DNA of 64,000 nucleotides, from positions 1,408,001-1,472,000 of the forward strand of contig OZ220089.1 in assembly GCA_964291625.2 (NCBI GenBank), given 5' to 3'. Position 1 is the stretch's first letter. Every line of letters starts with the position of its first letter. The notes under the pieces are model-generated. The model was not told the DNA's origin, searched no databases, and saw nothing but the letters and a program-made list of their open reading frames with translations. The translations under genes were made by a program, and so were the position numbers. The stretch is from Candidatus Latescibacterota bacterium. GTDB taxonomy: Bacteria; Latescibacterota; UBA2968; UBA8231. Of this stretch, positions 58,668 to 64,000 are shown piece after piece.

Positions 58668-60461
58668 CTACTTGAGGTAGAGCACGCGCCTGGTCTGCCG
58701 CCCGCCCGGGTAGTGCAGACAGGTCCGATAGACACCCGCCGCCACCGGAACGCCCCGCTCGTCCCGGCCATCCCAGGAGACCTGGTATCGACCCGAAGCC
58801 TGGACGCCGTCCACCAGCGTGCGCACGGGCTGACCCGAGACCGCGTGGATCCTCAGCCGCACCGGACCGGACGCGGCCAGACGGTAGGGGATCCGGGTGG
58901 TGCTGTTGAAGGGATTGGGGAAGCTCGGATCCAGACCGCTGGTTACCGGAACGGCCGCCCGCGGTCCTTCGGCTATTGTCGTGGTGGTGGGCTCGAACCG
59001 CGGATAGCCGGGGTTGCCGGACAGCTGGAGCCGTTGCAGGAATGGCAGTTCACTGAAGACATCGGCGGGCAAGCTCTCGAGGGCGTTGTGGCGCAGGTCG
59101 AGGTGTCGGAGAGATCTCAGACCCGAGAACACCTCGGCCGAGAGCGACGTGAGTGAGTTGGCGGCCAGATCGAGCCTCTCCAGCGAACCCAGATCCGAGA
59201 ACACGCCGGGCGGGAGGGACTCGAGAGCGTTGTCCCACAGCTCCAGCGTTTCCAGGGACGACAGGCCCGCAAACAGGCCGACGGGCAGTCTCTCCACGGC
59301 GTTGCCGCCCAGCATGAGCCACTCCAGAGAAGACAGGCCCGAGAACACGCCAGGAGGCAGGGACGCAAGGGCGTTGGCGTACAGACTGAGCCTCTCCAGG
59401 GATGACAGATCCGAGAACACGCCGGGAGGCAGAGAGGCAAGGGTGTTGTTGTGCAGACTGAGCCTTTCCAGGGACGACAGATCCCGGAATACGTCAGCAC
59501 TCAATTGCGAGAGAGCGTTGCCATGGAGATCAAGCCGTTCCAGCGACAACAGATCCCGGAATACGGCAGGTGGCAAAGAGGTGAGGGCATTGTTGTACAG
59601 ATCGAGTCGTACCAGGGATCTCAAACCCGCAAAGGCATCATCGGGCAGCGACGCAAGGGCATTGTGGTCCAGAGTGAGCCATTCCAGAAACAGCAGACCG
59701 GCAAACGCCCCCGCGGGTAACGACGCAAGGGCGTTGTGGTCCAGAGTGAGCAGTTCCAGCGAGGTCAGATCGGAGAACACACCGGCGGGCAGCGACGTCA
59801 GGGCGTTGTCTTTCAGGGTCAGGAATTTCAGGGACGGCAGACCGGAAAACACGTCCGGAGACAGCGACGCAAGGAGGTTGCTTCTCAGAGAGAGGACCCT
59901 CAGCGAGGATAGATCCGAAAAAACACCCTCAGGCAACGACGTGAGAGCGTTGTTCTCAACATAGAGGGACTCCAGGGAGACTAGATCGGCAAACACACCA
60001 GCGGGCAATGACGCAAGATCATTGTTCTGTAGTTGAAGTCTTGCCAGCGACATCGCATCTGAAAGAAGATCGGCCGGCAGTGTCGAGAGAGCGTTGTCGT
60101 TCAGGCCGAGGAATTCCAGGGAACCCAGACCTGCAAACAGACCGGCTGGCAATGCCGAAAGATCGTTGCCTTGCAGACCGATCCTTTGCACCGAGCTCAG
60201 GCCTGCAAAGTCGTCTTCCCGCAGGTTCGAAATCCCTGCATCCGAGAGACCCAGCCCACCGGTGATCGCCGCCAACCGCTCCTCGGTCACCGCCGCGCAA
60301 TCGCTGACGCCGTCGATCCGATCGAGGATGGCCGTCTGCACCTGCGGGGTGCGGCCGCAGATGCCGTCGGCTGCCGTCTGCGCCCATGCGGTTCCGGCAG
60401 GATTGTGGAGGAGGAGGGCCAGGAGGCAGAGACCTCCCGCTACGTTCAGGCCAAGCCTCAC
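58668..60461 (-). CDS. Secreted leucine-rich repeat protein with FlgD-Ig-like C-terminal domain
   Basis: Same architecture, about 16 internal 24-aa LRRs; GTGA coupling at 60458-60461. Confidence 0.92.
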   Translation of the reverse strand: MRLGLNVAGGLCLLALLLHNPAGTAWAQTAADGICGRTPQVQTAILDRIDGVSDCAAVTEERLAAITGGLGLSDAGISNLREDDFAGLSSVQRIGLQGNDLSALPAGLFAGLGSLEFLGLNDNALSTLPADLLSDAMSLARLQLQNNDLASLPAGVFADLVSLESLYVENNALTSLPEGVFSDLSSLRVLSLRSNLLASLSPDVFSGLPSLKFLTLKDNALTSLPAGVFSDLTSLELLTLDHNALASLPAGAFAGLLFLEWLTLDHNALASLPDDAFAGLRSLVRLDLYNNALTSLPPAVFRDLLSLERLDLHGNALSQLSADVFRDLSSLERLSLHNNTLASLPPGVFSDLSSLERLSLYANALASLPPGVFSGLSSLEWLMLGGNAVERLPVGLFAGLSSLETLELWDNALESLPPGVFSDLGSLERLDLAANSLTSLSAEVFSGLRSLRHLDLRHNALESLPADVFSELPFLQRLQLSGNPGYPRFEPTTTTIAEGPRAAVPVTSGLDPSFPNPFNSTTRIPYRLAASGPVRLRIHAVSGQPVRTLVDGVQASGRYQVSWDGRDERGVPVAAGVYRTCLHYPGGRQTRRVLYLK

Positions 60462-61510
60462 GGGCCCCGACCGGCCAGCCTGCCCAGGATGGCGTGCAGC
60501 AGCTCGGCGTTGGCCATGGCGTCCTCGCCGGTGCAGCGGGGCCGCTCCCCGGTGCGCACGCAGCGCAGGAAGTGCTCGGCCTGGGCGCGGAAACACCAGG
60601 GCCCGGCCACCAGGGGCCGCTCGATCACCGGCGACGGACCGGCGCCGCGCAGCAGCTCCACCCGGGCGTGCTCGTCGCGGCGGAAGTTGGAGGAGGGCCG
60701 GATCGTCAGGCGGCCCTTCTCGAAGTAGACGACCATGCTCTCGTCGCGGTCGCCCACCACTGAGGCACTGCCGGTGTGCACGGTCTTGTAGGCGCCGTGG
60801 TCGTAGATGAACATGCGGCTCCGGGTCTCCGGCTCCATGTCGGCGTACAGGACCTCGCGCACCGGATCGAGGAGGTGGATCAGCATGTCGCTCAGGTGGG
60901 TGTCGATGAAGTTCGTGCTCCACGACAGCTGGTGGACCTCGGCGGGAAGGCCGTCGTCGGGGCCGGTGGGCACGGGCGGCTTCTCCTCGGCGGTGGTGAC
61001 CGGCTCGCTCGAGCCGTAGTTGTGGGGCGACCCCCCGCCTCCATGGATGTGGAGCCGCGCCTGCACGACCCGGCCCAGCTCCCCGGAGGCGCGCACCTCG
61101 GCCAGCAGCTGGCGGGCCTTCTCGATGCCGGGGTCGTAGCGGCGCATGTAGCCCACCATCAACAGGCGGCCGGTCTCTGTCGCCGCGTCGACGAGCCGGC
61201 GCGCCTCGGGCAGCCGGTCCGACAGGGGCTTCTCGGTGAAGACGTGCTTGCCGGCCCGCAGCAGGTCGATCCCCACCGGCGCGTGCAAAGGCTCGCGCAG
61301 GATCATCGCCACCGCCTCGATGTCGGGATCGTCGCACAACACGCGGTGGTCCCCGGCGACCTTGCCGATGCCGTAGGTGGACGCGAGCTCGGATGCGAGC
61401 TCCACGCGCCGGTCCACGAGGGTGGTGATCTCGCACTGGTCGGAGGCGGCGAACCAGGGCAGGTGCACGGTCTGCGCCGCCCGGCCGCAGCCGATGAATC
61501 CGATCTTCAT
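60458..61510 (-). CDS. Gfo/Idh/MocA family oxidoreductase
   Basis: IGFIGCG, GKHVFTEKP, VGYMRRYDP. Confidence 0.92.
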   Translation of the reverse strand: MKIGFIGCGRAAQTVHLPWFAASDQCEITTLVDRRVELASELASTYGIGKVAGDHRVLCDDPDIEAVAMILREPLHAPVGIDLLRAGKHVFTEKPLSDRLPEARRLVDAATETGRLLMVGYMRRYDPGIEKARQLLAEVRASGELGRVVQARLHIHGGGGSPHNYGSSEPVTTAEEKPPVPTGPDDGLPAEVHQLSWSTNFIDTHLSDMLIHLLDPVREVLYADMEPETRSRMFIYDHGAYKTVHTGSASVVGDRDESMVVYFEKGRLTIRPSSNFRRDEHARVELLRGAGPSPVIERPLVAGPWCFRAQAEHFLRCVRTGERPRCTGEDAMANAELLHAILGRLAGRGP

Positions 61511-61559
61511 GCTCTCTCTCCTGCGGCGATGATTGCCATAGAGGGACCGCTACCGGGTC

Positions 61560-62264
61560 TCAGGTCCGCGCCTGGTCGTTCAGCAGGGCCGGCAGGTCCT
61601 CGATCCTCCGGCACCGGGGAAAGGCGTCCGACGTCCTGGCGGCTTTCTCCACCCAGTTCCAGGGCCACCTCTCGATGAACCAGGTGGCCCAGATCGGCTT
61701 CAGGCCCGCCGCGTCCGCGCCGCGCAGCTCGTCGCTGCCGCCGTCCCCCACGAAGAAGGCTGCACCGGCGTCGACCCTCAACCTGTCACAGGCCGCGAGA
61801 TAGATGGCGGGATTCGGCTTGATCAGCCCCTCCACGCAGGAGAAGACCGGCTCCTCGACCAGGGCCGAGAGCCCGGAGGAGTCCCAGGCGGCGGTCTCGT
61901 CATGGGAGGCGTTCGAGACAAGCCCGATGCGGTACCCTGTCGCCTTCAGGGCCCGCAGGGTCTCGACGACCGCCGGATCCAGCGGCTCGAAGGGCCGCGC
62001 CTTGGCGGCGGCTCGCTCCGCCTGCATCGAGGCGATCTCCTCCTCGGGCGGGTCGATTCGGCAAGCGCGGCAGATGTCCCTCAGCACGTCGCCGTAGAGG
62101 GGCAGCCGGCCGGACATGCGCGCCCCGTAGCGGGCCGCCCACTCGCGGTTGAACTCCTCCCGCGGAATTCCGAGCCGCTCGCCCGGCGCCGGCGCCGGGA
62201 CATGCCACTCCGGGTGGTTCTCGGTGACGAGGGTTTCGTAGAGGTCGAAGAGGATGGCCTTCAT
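61560..62264 (-). CDS. HAD family hydrolase
   Basis: ILFDLYETL, LVSN, KPNP, FVGDGGSDEL. Confidence 0.9.
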   Translation of the reverse strand: MKAILFDLYETLVTENHPEWHVPAPAPGERLGIPREEFNREWAARYGARMSGRLPLYGDVLRDICRACRIDPPEEEIASMQAERAAAKARPFEPLDPAVVETLRALKATGYRIGLVSNASHDETAAWDSSGLSALVEEPVFSCVEGLIKPNPAIYLAACDRLRVDAGAAFFVGDGGSDELRGADAAGLKPIWATWFIERWPWNWVEKAARTSDAFPRCRRIEDLPALLNDQART

Positions 62265-62293
62265 ATATTCCACCGGATACGGAGAGACCCAAG

Positions 62294-62737
62294 GTGATGC
62301 GGCCCGACCACACAAGTGAGAGACCGGCCGAGAAGGCGCTGGATGAGTTCTTCCACCGGGAGCGCCCGCCCGGAGTGGCGGCGGTCTATCTCTACGGAAG
62401 CGCAGCCCGGGGGGAGGAGCACTCTCAGAGCGACATCGACGTGGCCGTGCTCCTGGACCGCGCCTGCTTCCCCTCCCGGGAGCAGCGGGCCGACGAGCGG
62501 GTGCGGCTCACCGCCGAGCTGATCCGCGTACTCGCCAGGAACGACGTCGACCTCGTCGTTCTCAACGACGTCCCGCCGGGCCTCGGCCGCCATGCGATCA
62601 CCGCGGGGGTCCGCGTGTACGTGGCCGACCCCGAGGCCGATCACGCCTTCTGCCGCGACGTGCAGCTCCTCGCCGCCGATCTCGATCCATTCCTGCGGCG
62701 GATGCGGCAGATCAAGCTGAAGGCTCTTGCCACGTGA
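62294..62737 (+). CDS. mntA: MntA minimal nucleotidyltransferase antitoxin
   Basis: LYGSAARG...SDIDVAV, VDLVVLN. Confidence 0.85.
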   Translation: MMRPDHTSERPAEKALDEFFHRERPPGVAAVYLYGSAARGEEHSQSDIDVAVLLDRACFPSREQRADERVRLTAELIRVLARNDVDLVVLNDVPPGLGRHAITAGVRVYVADPEADHAFCRDVQLLAADLDPFLRRMRQIKLKALAT

Positions 62738-63150
62738 CCTACCTCGTGGAACGGCTCGCCGAGCTGCGGAAGCACCTCGATCACCTCAGGGGGCTGGAAC
62801 CGAGAGTCGAGGGGCCGGAGTCCCTGCGGCGGGACCTGAGCCTTCACAACGATGTCATGTTCTCTCTGTTGACCGTGGCACAACTGGTCATCGACATCTC
62901 GGGGGAACTGGGCGCCCGCCGCGGGCAGCGCTTCGAGGACTACACCGAGGCCGTACGCAGTCTGTCGGCCTACGAGGAGTTTCCGCCGGAGCTCGTGGCG
63001 GGGCTCTCCCGCCTCCCGGGGTTCCGCAACATCCTGATCCACGAGTACGTCGCCCTGGACTACGAGCAGGTGGTCCGGGCGATCCGGGATCTCGAGCCCC
63101 TCGCGGAATTCCTCCGCCGCGCAGCGGCCCTCGAACAAGAGGAGCCTTGA
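62734..63150 (+). CDS. hepT: HepT (DUF86 HEPN) RNase toxin
   Basis: GFRNILIHEY (RX4HXY); GTGA coupling. Confidence 0.88.
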   Translation: MTYLVERLAELRKHLDHLRGLEPRVEGPESLRRDLSLHNDVMFSLLTVAQLVIDISGELGARRGQRFEDYTEAVRSLSAYEEFPPELVAGLSRLPGFRNILIHEYVALDYEQVVRAIRDLEPLAEFLRRAAALEQEEP

Positions 63151-63217
63151 GGCCAGGGGAGCCTCCCCTCGGCGCACTGGCCGAGAAAGCTGCCCTGGCC
63201 CCTGCGTGGCGCTGGCA

Positions 63218-64000
63218 TCAACCCTGACGAGTCACGGCGCCGCGCTCCTCGAGGTCCACCCACGCACCATCCTCGCGGCCGGCGTACTCCGACTGGGGCC
63301 GGAAGATCCGGCCCACGGCCTCCTGCTCCCGGCAGTGGGCGATCCAGCCGGCCATGCGGCTCACGGCGAAGGTGGAGCTGAACAGCTCCGGCGGGACTCC
63401 GAGCCCATGGAGCAGGACCGCCGTGTAGAACTCGGCGTTGGCATACAGGCGCCGGCCGGGCTTGTACTCCTCCAGCAGTCTCACCGCCTCCGCTTCGACG
63501 GCTCCCGCAAGGTCGAGCAGGCCTGTCTCTCCCTCGGCCGCGCACAGATCCCGGGCGGCTTGCGCGAGGACGGCCGCGCGGGGATCCCGCGCCTTGTACT
63601 CGCGGTGCCCGAAACCCATCAGGCGTTCGCCGCGCTCGAGGAGGTTGCGGATGCAGGGCTCCGCCCGGCCGGGGACCCCGATCTCCCGCAGCATGGTCAG
63701 GGCCGGCTCGGGGGCGCCGCCGTGGAGCGGGCCCTTCAGGGCGCCGAGGGCGCCGACCACGGCCGACTTCAGATCCGAGCGCGTCGAGGTGATGACGCGG
63801 GCCGTGAAGGTCGACGCGTTCATGCCGTGGTCGACCATGGTGTTGAGGTAGGTGTCCAGCGCCCGGGCCCTGGCCTCCGTCGGCCGGCGGCCCGTCAGCA
63901 TGTAGAGGAAGTTCGCCGCCAGGCGGAGTCCCGGGTCCGGCTGCACCGCCGGTTTCCCTTCCATCGATCGCGCTGCCGCGGCGACGATGACGGGGGTGGC
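63218..64000 (-). CDS. Citrate synthase family protein (5' end outside window)
   Basis: DHGMNASTF, GPLHGGA, MGFGHR, DPRA, NAEFY. Confidence 0.9.
   Translation of the reverse strand, partial: ATPVIVAAAARSMEGKPAVQPDPGLRLAANFLYMLTGRRPTEARARALDTYLNTMVDHGMNASTFTARVITSTRSDLKSAVVGALGALKGPLHGGAPEPALTMLREIGVPGRAEPCIRNLLERGERLMGFGHREYKARDPRAAVLAQAARDLCAAEGETGLLDLAGAVEAEAVRLLEEYKPGRRLYANAEFYTAVLLHGLGVPPELFSSTFAVSRMAGWIAHCREQEAVGRIFRPQSEYAGREDGAWVDLEERGAVTRQG

Noticed and set aside
57560-60230. 72-bp periodic repeats as a CRISPR array or DGR
   Set aside because: They are in-frame LRR coding units; no spacers, cas genes or reverse transcriptase, and variation is not restricted to adenines

Overview
High-GC bacterial window with about 55 CDS and no rRNA, tRNA or CRISPR array visible. 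FlgD-Ig-type C-termini, a DUF6785-like membrane protein, ankyrin/LRR/TPR proteins, several PhyH dioxygenases and many toxin-antitoxin (TA) modules suggest an FCB-group (Latescibacterota/Gemmatimonadota-like), possibly sponge-associated organism (inference). Main points: (1) a translationally coupled four-gene candidate anti-phage operon at 1-7245: RDPLG-motif protein, PLD nuclease, SF2 helicase with a probable YbjN-like tail, and a YbjN/T3SS-chaperone-like protein; (2) recurring accessory genes flanked by imperfect direct duplications of neighbouring gene ends, with no integrase or IS; (3) a dinJ-yafQ pair split by a cargo gene that is itself interrupted by an intact IS256 with an 8-bp target duplication; (4) two tandem secreted LRR proteins with near-identical caps and divergent repeat cores; (5) a SoxR box driving a Rieske-domain gene; (6) cassette-like same-strand arrays of small modifying enzymes next to TA modules. 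Family assignments come from motif recognition only; no searches were run.
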